Below are positions 41,905 through 53,635 of a stretch of DNA of 64,000 nt, in pieces (position 1 is the first letter of the stretch; every line of letters starts with the position of its first letter). Position numbers and translations under genes: made by a program. This DNA comes from Lobosporangium transversale. Its lineage: Eukaryota. The notes under the pieces are model-generated. The model had not been told where the DNA came from. It searched no databases and saw only the letters and a program-made list of their open reading frames with translations. The stretch is from positions 310,001 to 374,000 of the forward strand of contig NW_019029001.1 of the NCBI RefSeq assembly GCF_002105155.1, written 5' to 3'.

Positions 41905-43052
41905 TTATCCTGATTCAGAAAATGCCAGGTTAATATTTCCTTCAACTAAAGCTTCGTATGCTTCTTGGAAGCAACCTTTGATTAAGCGGACCAAATCACC
42001 ATTGCAACTTGCTGTCACATTGAATCCAACATCAAATGGGTCCATAATATGGAGAGTGATTCCATTAGCATTTTCCTTGGCTTTTGCGGTCGCGATACGA
42101 TTATGTTTGATAGTAGCCGAAGTTGCTGTAGAAGAAGGGGAAGAATAGACTCTGGAGCTTGAAGCTGTATGGCTTTGTAGCGTTGCTCCAATGTCACTGC
42201 TACTACTATTACCACTATTACCAGTACTAGTAACTGAAGTGGTTAGAGAAGTCTTAGAGAGCTGCCCTGGCCGCCACCGAAAAGCACCAATTCGAGGATT
42301 CACTTCCTTGAACTCATAGTCAAAAACATATCCAAAGAAACGGCAAAAATCGACCAATAACTCTGCTACGCTCTTGATATTCTTATCGCCAAACCCCTGA
42401 TAAAAATCATAATCTTGATCGAATGAACAGTCGATCCCTTGGACAATCTTTTCCTTGATAGGACGGTCATCTTTATCCATCTGCTGCCCTAACTGCCCTT
42501 GTTGTGTATCATTGTTCTTTTGATTTTTCGGTTGAAGCTGAAGTTTTGGTAAAAGTGGTGGATTTTCAGTCTGTAAAAAAGTTATTAACATGAGTGCTAA
42601 TGCATAGCTCCCCAGCGGCACAGAGTAATATTTATCCTGATGTACAGATCCAGTGAGGAAGTGACACTTCCCCACCAGATGCTTTAATGCGATCATTATA
42701 GGGACAAAGCGGGGTTCAATTTGCGTATATGTGTGAATAAGCTTTGAGCGTTGGATATCCAGAGGCTCATTCAAAGTAAGGTGACAAACAATCCCTGATT
42801 TCGGGTCTGTGAATGTAATAAAGGCGAAGGGGATATATCTTGAAATGGGCATCGCTGCCATTGCGGCCACTGTTCCTTCTGACCCTTGTACGGCCCTTCG
42901 CTCCTGGACGCTACTGCATGTTGAGATCGAGACACCTTCGTAATGAAAATGCCGTAACGCATCCGCAAGTGTTTCCATACTAATATGCTTGTTATTCCCC
43001 GTCAATGTCAAATCGAGATCACTCGATTGAGTGTAGAGTCCAGATGCAAACG

Positions 43053-43089
<37 letters not shown>

Positions 43090-44342
43090 ACATTTGTATA
43101 ATTGAAATTAAAGATATAATAAACGGTCTCTTTTTTCTTCGAGAAATTATATGATATCTGCAGTTAGACTCACCCTACGGCTGTGAGCGCAACAAAGCAG
43201 AAATCAAAGTACTCGCTTATCTCCATTTCAAGTGTCTTTATAAAATCCTTGATTTCCGTGGATGTTACAGATGTAATAGCTGAGGACTTGGCGACAAAAA
43301 AAAAAAAAAAGTGAGCTTTAGCCGCTTATTTTTTCTTTTCAAAAAAGAGGATATAACAAAATAACCATCGATAGCAGACCTTGTGTATCTTCCAAATAAA
43401 ATCGTTTGTAATCTCTAACCGGTGCACAGCTTCTTGTTCTTGTATCAACTCCTGCTGTCGATTCCATTCCTCCTGTTGTCTATGAGCTTCCTCCTGTAGT
43501 TTCTTAGCCTCTTCTTGTTCCCGTATTTTGGCTTTTCGAATCTTGTTCTGATTATAGTCCTTAGAATATTTCTGAATGCCTTCAAGGCCCCAGTCAAAGA
43601 ATATAGCTGGCCCCTTGGATCCATCCATCATCCACTCATCCCGCCGTAAATACCGAATCAAAGTTGCAATGTCATCTTGGTATATCTCTGGTATGTATGC
43701 ATACTCCCATAAAAACGTCTGAATATCTGCTTTGGACAACCCTGGAATCACAAGCGAGTATTCCTCATTCAGATCTGCATCTATGTCTGCATCTAATACA
43801 GATGATAATCTACATCCACTAAGGTGGTTCCATAGGTCCGCTGCCATAGTACTTCCTCCACGATATCCAGTGCGCTCTTCGAAAAATGGATCACCATCTG
43901 TTCTGGACCTAATACTAATATTGCTGGGGTTTCCAATACGATTGTGGATGTTATTATTTTTGCCAATATGGCTACTATGATCTAGTTTTTCCTGCTGTTT
44001 CCTTTCCTGTCTAGCAGAAGAAGATGCTGTGGAAGCAACTGATGGTGCTTCTTCGCGAAGCTCTACATTCCTTGGGAAAAGCTCGAAGACTCCACGATCC
44101 AGATTTTCGATATAATCTAGTAAACCCATGACGGTATGAAGTTGATTTCGAGTAATGAATTGATCGCAAGGAATGTCCATCAACGACCGATTACGTTTAT
44201 AGAAATCGACAACGAATAAAAAACTGTCTGCAAGATCCTCCACTGAGAGAATGTAGTTCTTATCAACTGACACTTGAGATGCATACTCAAAAAGGACACA
44301 GTCATATAGAATCCCGACAAAATGCCGTCGATTGACCTTCAT
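41905..44342 (-). CDS. Cid1/TUTase-like non-canonical poly(A)/poly(U) polymerase family protein; exons ~44342-43380, 43287-43174, 43054-41905
   Basis: Spliced GSFASGLYTQSSDLDL, SYALALMLITFLQ...PLLPKLQ, PAP-associated SVAELLVDFCRFFGYVFDY, IMDPFDVGFNVT. Confidence 0.85.
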
Positions 44343-44609
44343 CCTTCTCTTTTGACTATAATTATTATACTGTTATCACTCTGTCTAATGTCCTTGTGTT
44401 GTGACAATAAGTGATAACCAAAAAAAAAAAAAAAAAAAAAACTTCAATAACACTTGATAATATTTTTTTTTGTCCCACCAGCAACTATTAAATAATGTAA
44501 ATGTACCTTTTTTAGTTCTGAATCTACAAAAATAATGTCATTCAGAAGAGATGAAATCAATGAGAATGAAGAAGGAATTTTTTTTTTAGGATATGACTGG
44601 GATCTACTT

Positions 44610-44940
44610 CTATAACTTCCTAAAAATATTAGATACGGTTTGAGCAGCTGCTGCAGTCTTGAAGTATGAGGGACATGCAACTCTGACATGCTCCCAGGCT
44701 TCATCCAATGCCTCAACAACATGTTGTGGCAAGGGACCTTTCTCTAAATCCCGCAAATTGTCCTTCAGGTGCTGCATTGAAGATGCACCAATAATAATAC
44801 CATCCTGTGGACCCAGATCGGAGTGATGCGACATCCAACGTAAAACAGTCTCAATCAAGGTCAGATTGTTATCCTTGGCTGTCTTTTCCACTTTCTTGAC
44901 AGCCTCAAAGAACAAGTTATTCCAGTAACGTTCACGATAA

Positions 44941-44983
<43 letters not shown>

Positions 44984-45119
44984 TTAGAAAAAATACAGAG
45001 CCATTTTGCTTTATTCCTAATCATGACACAATGTCTTACATTTTTCCGAATTCGGTCTACATGTGTAAGTAAAACCGACATGGTTAATCACCATTTTAAT
45101 CATTGAGCATCTAGTCACA

Positions 45120-45153
<34 letters not shown>

Positions 45154-46365
45154 CGTTAAAAAAAAAAAAAAAAAAAAAAAAAAAGCATACCTTCGTAGCA
45201 AAGCGCCCACTATCCTGAGCATCATTGCTATCAAAATTATATCTACCTGAAAGAAGGCCTCCAGCCTAAGAGAAAAAAAAAGAGATGTATCAGATGTCAT
45301 GAAGCGTAAAAGGAGGATATGCTTAGACAATGATTCATTCTTACGATAGGGTTATAAGCGTAGAATGCGATGTTGAGAGCCTTGGACAAGGGAAGAGTTC
45401 TCTGACAACATCTCTTGTGATCGCATTGTACTGAGAAAAAAAAAGGCACGTGTGTGAGAACATCCGAAAGTATCTTGAATATCGAAGAAAATACCTGGGA
45501 ATCATACCATTCCTTGATAAACGACTGGGAGAACATATCCATGCTGCTTACAAAGCTGATGGATCAATGTCACTTGCCACGCTGCAAAGTTGGACAATCC
45601 AAACTAATGAGAGCCGTTACAATTAAATTGTAAAAGAGAAAAATAAGTTATAATTTATGGCTGGTCTTTGGCCCATTGCCATCCATTACGAGCAAAAAAG
45701 AAGATTATCAATTACCCGTTCAAAAAGCCCTTCACGGTAGAGCTCATCCACAGCTTTGACAGTTTCCTCAAATGAAGTCGTATAGTCAGGCGCGTGCAAA
45801 TAAAAAATGTCAATTTTCTTGAGCTTCAACGCCATCAGTGACTCTTGAAGCGTCCTCCTCAGATGCTCTAAAGCATGCGCTTTGGGGACAGAGGGCCAGA
45901 CTTTGGTCGTAATTTTGAAAGGTTCTGTCGGCAATTGACCCAAAGCCTAAAAAAAAAAAAAAAAAACCCTATTTATGTGTGGTCTTTTCTTCTCTTCTCT
46001 TTCTTATGTTCATGAAAAATGTTACAAAAGGGCTATCAGCTCAAAAGTCTCTTACAATCTCAGTGTCACCTCCACAATAAAGCCTGGCGGTATCAAGTTC
46101 TACATGACCGTGAGCATAGAACTCATCCAAATAGGCTTTGATGTTCTCACTACCACGCACACGAACGGTCGTAGCAGCCGCATCAGATCCCTCTAATCCG
46201 AAGGTCATGGTGCTAAGGAGAAAGGGTGTAGAAAGCTTGAGTGAGGGCCTTGCTTTACTCCATTTACTATGACATCTCCATTAAAGTGTGTTCAAAGCAA
46301 ATCGTAGAAACAGATCAATTGTAATCTTACCCGAGGATAATGCGTGGTGTATCAACTCCAGACAC
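44610..46365 (-). pseudogene. Aldo-keto reductase (AKR7/aflatoxin aldehyde reductase-like), probable pseudogene
   Basis: LGTMTFG, DTARLY, ITTKV, IFYLHAPD, FGLSNF, YQGMYN, IIIGASS. The expected start reads GTG and there is a 1-nt frameshift at ~45385 (ELFPC/KALNIAFYAYNP). Confidence 0.75.
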
Positions 46366-46789
46366 ACTTTATGTGTGTAATTGTAGCGGGGGAAATTAAG
46401 ATGAAGGCGAGAGAGAAATTGGATGTTAAAGAGTCAAAGAGTCAAAGAGCCATAGAGTCAAAGACTGTGTAAAAAAAAAAAAAAAAAAAAAAAATACCAA
46501 CTTTTAAATATTTGCGTCAAAACAGTAACCCAGTACCTGTTCCGCAGCAACAATCATTCCCCTGCTTGCATGAACATCAGCTTGCTCCCATAGACCCGTG
46601 CGCAGGACACCTAATTCTTTTCGTATATGTGTGACCAATTTAATATTGAAAAAAGATATTTACATGGCCTCATGTATACCTTTATTCACACTAATAAATC
46701 TTTTTATTTGCACAAGCAATTATTATTTCACTCTTTTCAAGTAATAATTAGTGAGCTTTCTCTCAATAAAAACGTCAATAAACGGGAAG

Positions 46790-49058
46790 CATTGAGATCG
46801 CATAAACAGGTTGATGCGTTTCTAACCGTTGCTGTCACTGGATGTCACGATCAAAAAGGTACATTGACCTACAGCGGTGAGCCTTTTTTTGTTGAATGTC
46901 AACAATACAGGAGCTCCTGTGCTTCTCATCAACACAGGATTGTCCTCAGTGAAGGTATCAATGAACGGCACATTGTAAACTGTTGTTCCTTCTTCGAGCA
47001 CCAGGTACTTACTACATGCTGCTATATCCAATGTACAAAAGAGGATGCTGGATATAATAGTCCACTCAGCATTAATCGAGACTGCACCAAAAATTGTGAC
47101 AAAGTTGGCTTTAAGCATGAATGGCTCTGGGCGACAAATGGAGCTTGTTATCTTCGATTTAAAATATTTTTTTAAAGGATTTATTCAGGATCTATGGAGC
47201 AATACCTGCGCTCTTCATTTCAATGATCTTCCCTGCCTTGAGCTCATCATCGACTCTCTTTTTGAGGAAATCAAGCGCCTTCGGCGAGTACCTCTTGCAC
47301 CATCCTGTTTTCTTGTCCCTTGGAGCACACCTTCGAAGCGTGGTCACGCTCACCACATCGGAAACATTCCACCAATGGGCAGAACAACAAGATATGCCCT
47401 TCTTGATTACATTTGCGGCAAGTTCTACGCACCATGGGCATAGTCTGCTGGCTTCGAGCTTCGGTGGTCTGGAACACAAGGCTCGGCTTAAGCTCTACTC
47501 TAATATGCTTTGCTAACTCAGAGGAACCAAACACTCGCCTCGCTATAGCTGGGCTCATCCTCGAGGTGGTCTGGGCTACTCGTACCTCAGGTGTTCGCTC
47601 CTCAGCGGCGAGGGACTAGGCCCCAAACATGTTAGTCAATTCGTCCGCACTCAACTCATTGACCCTCTCTTTGTCGTTTTTGAAGTGCGCCAGGAAACCG
47701 GAGTAGTATGTCCTAGGTACTAAGGTCGATCCGAGAAGAACATTCGTCTCTACTGGTGCGGCATGTTTCGCGTTACTGCAAACGGTGGCATGACTCTCAG
47801 TAGTGTAAATGCCCAAGCGACTCCCTTCGACCAAGAGTATTACTGACTCAAAGGTTTCTTTCAAGGTCGCAGGCGCCTCCTTATTCTTGACTTTGAAGGG
47901 ATGATCCTGCCTCAAACCCTTGCAGAATCGGTAAGCCAGCAGACGCTCGGTAGTTGTTGGGATCTTATATGGTTGTCCTTCACAACCAGTCTCTAGCTCG
48001 AGGAGCTCCAAGGTAAGCTTCATTCTTTGGACATAATTAACTGTCGTCTCATCCTCCCCTTGCTTAATAGAATGAAGCTCCTCCAAGATAACGTCCTGGC
48101 TTCTTGGAGTAGAGGCTTCCATGATGACATCGTTAACAAACTGGCCCAGGTACCACTCGTCTTGTTTGTCATTTTCCAGCGCTTAATCCAGCGTTGGATC
48201 TTGCCTGTTGTCTGCCTCTCGACGAACATCAGCTTGTTGCTCAGAGTTTCCCCTTCGGTGACACCTCCGAAATCACTGATCCACGTCGCAGCGGCGAGAC
48301 CTTAAGCCTCCTTCGACGGTCACATAGGGATCATGATGAGTAAGATTGATAGATTTGACGATATTGTAGCTGTCACCCCCTGCGTAGATCACCAGAAATA
48401 TTTTTGGAATAGGAGAGCTTCGCCTTTTGGTGATTTGCGCAGTCGATTACTTCCAGCTACAGATAGACAAAATACAAATAAAGGACAACACAATGCAAAA
48501 GATTGAACGAGAACAGTCGATACTCCAATGATTCTTGTACAAAAGAAGGAACAAAGAACCAGTTACCTGACTGCTGCTGCTCGTTAAATAGTTGGTAGCG
48601 ATCCCTTCCCACGTGACAAAATAATTGTATATCCTTGCTCAAGGGGCAAAAGACAGACACAAAGACTTCAACAAGAATAACAAGAGAAAATAGAGGCAAA
48701 TAACCTTGGCGGCAATCAGCGCCATAGGATGCCAAAAGAGAAGATGGGGGCTTTATAGGTGAGTTCACAAACTGAGTTACCGAAAGACAAATGCTTGTTG
48801 TGAAAAGGGGAAAAAGGTGAACTGCAGGTAAAGAACTAGACATATGGGGGAAACTGAAGACTTTATTAAGAAGGAAGTTTATTTGGCTTTTATAATCTAG
48901 CCTACAGGCCTGACTGCGGTGCTTTCTAGGTGAGGTGGACTCGCCTATAGCTTATGAGGCTTTGCACAAAGATTCCTTTAGTTGTGGTTCGACAGGATGT
49001 CCCGATTAGTCGATACAAAATAAAGTTAATTTTATATTACTATTAATGACCTGTCACA
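46790..49058 (-). mobile_element. Degenerate, internally deleted Ty3/Gypsy element with LTR candidate 48371-49058
   Basis: Gag-like IKQGEDETTVNYVQRM...FCKGL; twin knuckles CRKCNQEGHILLFC and CFRCGERDHASKVC; RT N-terminal fragment LDFLKKRVDDELKAGKII; stops and frameshifts; LTR termini TGTGAC...GTGACA. Confidence 0.75.
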
Positions 49059-49099
49059 GCAATTCAAACATTGTCTATAAAGAACACGTGCAAACAACT

Positions 49100-50350
49100 T
49101 CATCCTACCATGGTTTGATGTCAAAAAAAACATGATCAAGACTCCCAAGGCAACCGCATCTATTGCAAGATATACTGCTTGCAGATCCATCAAGGCTATT
49201 GAGGGAATCAAATGAACTGGAGTTTGTTACCCGGGAAAGAATTAAAGGTATTTCCTCTATGAGCAAACGCGCCAAGATTGTAACCATGTTGGGCAGCACA
49301 GACATAGAGGAGGTAGTTTCTTAGGGTCTACCCCGAGGATGACGAGTAGTTGTTGTGAAAACGATCAAGTCGGAAGCTGATCAAAGAGTAATACGGAGAT
49401 ATCGGTAGCAATTGGAATTGACGGTAATGGAACAGGAGGGAAGAGTGTCGTTTTTCGATGATTGAGGGCCACGGCTAGAAAACGAGCTTCGCGTACAACA
49501 GGTCAAGTAGGGAGCAGGCTTCATCACATGCCCCATGAATTAAGAGCTACCACTCATAACGATGTGATTTATGAATAGGATGTAGTTCAGTGACAGTACG
49601 ACGATGCACCCCTTTCAGGATCATATCAACGACTGCTTCGTCAGTTTTGACGAAAACGTCGTACGCGAGCAGTCAAAGGGCCTACTCGATCTGGCTTTGA
49701 CTCTGGTGATGGCGCTCTCCTATTCGCATCTCGCAAGTGTTCCCGATATTTTGAGGCATAGAAGAGTGGTATCTAAGATACTTCGCAGTAGATACTAAAT
49801 AAAAAATAATCCTCTCCTCTCTTCCTTTCTCCTTTCTCTTCCTTTCTCCTTTCTCTCCTCTTCACTCTTACCCATCCTCACTCTCGCTCTCGGGTTCGCC
49901 ATCGCTCCCACCATCCTAACATCATTTTTGAATAAATTGAAAGAGGTTCGGAAGAGGGTTATTGCTTGCCCAATGAGTTGAAGCTGACTCGCAGAAGGTT
50001 TTGTATACCTCTCCCTCCTCGCTCTCTCTTGAGATCGAGTTTCTGTAAGTCCTCAATATGCAAGCTTATTTAGATGCCTTTGTTTGTTTATCCATTGGGC
50101 CACTCACTTCACCATGCTCTTTTGCTCACAACACAAGGTGGAGGAGGATAGCAGGTAAATAGTCTAATGAGCGGCCCCGTTGGACTGGAGAATCGGCTGT
50201 ACGGTTAAATTGGACATAGAGCCGACTCGTCTGTAGTGATAGGCGAGGAGATGAACAATATTGTATCTGGGGGATCAATCGTGAGCTAGGGATGCAATCT
50301 CTTTTTATACATCTTCATGGATTTTTTTTTTCCTTCTCTTATCAGCGGAG
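49100..50350 (-). mobile_element. Possible degenerate L1-like non-LTR retrotransposon remnant
   Basis: CNRCGCLGSLDHVFF resembles the C-terminal zinc-binding motif of L1-type RTs; the rest is eroded. Confidence 0.35.
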
Positions 50351-50514
50351 GCACGGTGCGTACATGAAAGACACCTTTCTAAACTCCATTTACTACAATA
50401 AACCGTCTGCGACTCCATAGTTTTCTATAGTCTAGGCGCGTTTTCCCAGGAAAATATGGACTACCTTTAATGTTACGGATTTATTTTTTACGTTTTATAT
50501 TTTAAGATATCTTG

Positions 50515-51525
50515 TTAACACCCATCTGCTGAAGCGCCATGATGCATCATCATGGAGTAACCATGCGAAGACCTTGAAGCGAGCGAAGTCGAGGAAGTCG
50601 ATACGGAATGCTCTCCATTCACCCTTTCTCTAGCAGTATATGGGTATAAGGCCGTTAGTTCTGGCTTGGGCTTGGGCTTTGAGGATGATGGTGTAGGGGA
50701 AATTGGTCGAGCGCGGGCCCATCGTCCGAAATATACTTCCCCTACGAAAACTCCAACTAAGATCACGGCAAAATAGGCGGAATTGTAGGTCATGATTACT
50801 AACATGAGCATATATCCAACCCCAACTACTGCAGTCATTAGTAACGCTCTTGAGACCTCTGCTTGCCAAACGAAAGGTTGGACAGTTGGCATAGGGGACA
50901 AGAATGATACTGAAGAGCTAGGCTTGCCATAATGATCATGATCGTAAAGATAAGGTTGATAAAGAGGATGACGGTGTTTCTTGGAAAGTCCATTATATCT
51001 GAGATTGAGGTTACGGTTGAGTCCAGCATGCGCTGTTAATTGAGGTGGTTGTGAAAATGATTGTGTCAAGCTACCCTCATCCTTCTGCCCTTGCTCGCCT
51101 TGGGGTCTCTTCAATTGCTGCTTCTGCTGTTGGTCCTGGGCGTGAAGGGCGCTAAGTGAATGGTCGGGAAATATCTGGAGCGCATTGCTATCCTGCTGCT
51201 TTGCACTCAAAATGCTCTGGTTTTGATTCTCGTCATGATCGTTTGCAACTGGTACTAAATCTGGTTCTTGTTCCCCTTTTCCATATGCCTGTTTGAAGGT
51301 ACGGGGAACATGAGTTGATGATAGACGAAGATAGTAATGGAGATAAAGGTACGCTTCGAGATATCCCTGAGCAGCGACAAGAGCACGGAACCCGACTGAG
51401 AGCAAGAAGAGACCAATAAGTGCTCCAATGTATTGGCCTTCTCCCATAGGTGTCAGAGCCGGCGACCAGATGGCAGCACCATACCCTGGCTGAAATCCAT
51501 CAGTCATTGTGTGGTCGTGTTCCAT
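50515..51525 (-). CDS. Ctr-family copper transporter, intronless
   Basis: N-terminal MEHDHTM; TM1 QYIGALIGLFLL; TM2 GYMLMLVIMTYN (MxxxM); TM3 GVFVG (GxxxG). Confidence 0.9.
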   Translation of the reverse strand: MEHDHTMTDGFQPGYGAAIWSPALTPMGEGQYIGALIGLFLLSVGFRALVAAQGYLEAYLYLHYYLRLSSTHVPRTFKQAYGKGEQEPDLVPVANDHDENQNQSILSAKQQDSNALQIFPDHSLSALHAQDQQQKQQLKRPQGEQGQKDEGSLTQSFSQPPQLTAHAGLNRNLNLRYNGLSKKHRHPLYQPYLYDHDHYGKPSSSVSFLSPMPTVQPFVWQAEVSRALLMTAVVGVGYMLMLVIMTYNSAYFAVILVGVFVGEVYFGRWARARPISPTPSSSKPKPKPELTALYPYTARERVNGEHSVSTSSTSLASRSSHGYSMMMHHGASADGC

Positions 51526-51671
51526 TATAAATAGAATGGACGAGGAAGATGGCTAAAGGTAAATGAAATAAAAGATTAAATTAATCTCATTAAAAAGAAT
51601 GCAAAATTGAAGTCGAGATGCAAAAGGGGGAAAGACGTTGTTATCGGGCTGTCAGATAATTTTGACAGATG

Positions 51672-52255
51672 CAATTAGAGTCCTCGCCAGAAAGTCAGGG
51701 ACACATATATTTTTAAAATACTCAATTTGAATTAAAATTCGAAAAACAAAAAATTTACGTACGAAGTTGGGATTTCATATATATATTTATTGAATAATAG
51801 AGGATGAATTGATGCCATGACAAATAAATCTAGAAGCGGAATGGACATCATTCTTGATCTCATTTACCTCTTCCTCTTCCTCATTCTCATTGTACAAGTG
51901 ATAAGATGTCTTTTGAGCCTTTTGATATCACTGAGGATTTTGGCGACATGATCATAGTCGACAGCAGTGAGTGGGATACAGAACTTGATAGAGTAATGAA
52001 CCAAGAGCACATCGAGGCTGTTATCCTGGAGCCTGAGGTAGTGGACCTTTGTCAAGATATTGGTAGCGTCTTCAATTTTGAAGAGGAATGCGAGTCTGAG
52101 GAGGAGCGTCTTGTTGATAACAGAAAACGCTTCCGAAAAAATTAAAATTTTGAGTTTGTACGTATTGTTTTGTGTCTAAAAATGGAAGTATTTTATTCAA
52201 TTCAAAAACGTGACAAATATATGTGTCCCTGACTTTCTGGCGAGGACTCTAATTG
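51672..52255. mobile_element. Non-autonomous DNA transposon with a 41-bp perfect inverted repeat
   Basis: CAATTAGAGTCCTCGCCAGAAAGTCAGGGACACATATATTT at 51672-51712 and its reverse complement at 52215-52255; internal acidic ORF 51906-52145. Confidence 0.9.
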
Positions 52256-52728
52256 ACAAACTGGTCAACATTGTGGGCGGATCCTTTTTTTTTTTTTTTT
52301 TTTCTTTTTTTTCACTTATTTTTCCTGCCCTAGAACTTGTCTGGCTAAAGCATTTTTCAGGCTCAAATGCTTTCTTTGAGTGAGCTATCACCAACCTAAC
52401 CTACTGCTGAAAGAGAAATAGCTGCACCCAATGCATTCTTATTTCTGTCTTTCACTGAGATTGGGGCGTCATCCTTTGGATGTTTTGTTGCTTAATTCCT
52501 CATATCCTGCTTTGTTAGGTAGATCCCAATGTCATCTAATATCATTTTACCTGGCTGTATACACAGTCTATCCTCTATAAAAGTATAAGTTATCAGATCA
52601 AACATCACTTCCTTATTATTTCATTCACCCCTACTCTTTTAATCTTTCTCCAGTGCAGCTCACACATTTACATTTATATCTTCTCCTTGCGCTCAATCCC
52701 ATCTACTATTAAACACGAAAGAAATAAA

Positions 52729-53635
52729 ATATTTAGCGAAGATCATGTCAATAGGGCAATTGCAGAGTTTACAAAGCCTGATGTGGCAGCATGGGGCCTC
52801 ATTTCCGAGACGAAGGACTTCAAGGTGTACCACCGATCTGTGGCCAACAGTTCGCTAAAAGAGTATAAAGTCTTGGGTACTCATCCTGATCTGCCGACCA
52901 AGTACCTCATACAGGCATATACTGATTTAGACTTTCGAAAGCTCCAACATGGTGGGATGGAAGGCCCTCAAGAACAATCGGCTCCACTACGTGGTCAAGT
53001 ACCCCTGGCCATTGTATCCTCGAGAATATATATATGAGATGCATATACAAGAGCTCAGAGGTGGTGTTATATGTTTTAGTGGAAGAAGTGTGCAAGACGT
53101 GTCGATATCAGAGCGGCCAGGTACCGTGCGAGTTGATGACTTTAGACAGGACATTGTGGTGCAGCCGACCGAAGATAACAAAGGTTACTACATTTGGTGT
53201 AGATACTATGACAATCCCAAGGTAAGTCAACATTGACATGAATTGCTGTATGAGTGTAATAATTGGTGACTTGGTACGTATTGCAGTACATACTTATTGA
53301 ATCCACTGTCGCTTACTTCGTACTGGAAATATAGGCTAATATCCCATTAAGTATCATCAATTGGGCGGCTCGGCCTGGTATTCCAGGTAATGAACTCTGA
53401 TTGTTCTTAATTTTGGAGAGGCAGTGTAGTTTTGGTGGTTGTGCTGACCCAATAACTATAACTCCCTATTCCGCATAATCATTATCTTCTTCTTTGCATG
53501 AAATCAGCTTATCTCAACGCTTTAAAGGATGCTGGCCATAAGTTGATGAAGAAGGATTTTAAAAAGACTGTGGACGGGAAGTCTCAGCACGTTTCATTCT
53601 CTGCAAAAGTGATGGCAGTACCCGTTCAGTGCTAG
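52729..53635 (+). pseudogene. START-domain lipid transfer protein (PCTP/STARD2-like), probable pseudogene
   Basis: EYKVLG, DLDFRK / frameshift / HYVVKYPWPLYPREY, VRVDDF, YYDNPK, IP.SIINWAA. ATA sits at the likely start; frameshift at ~52940. Confidence 0.75.
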
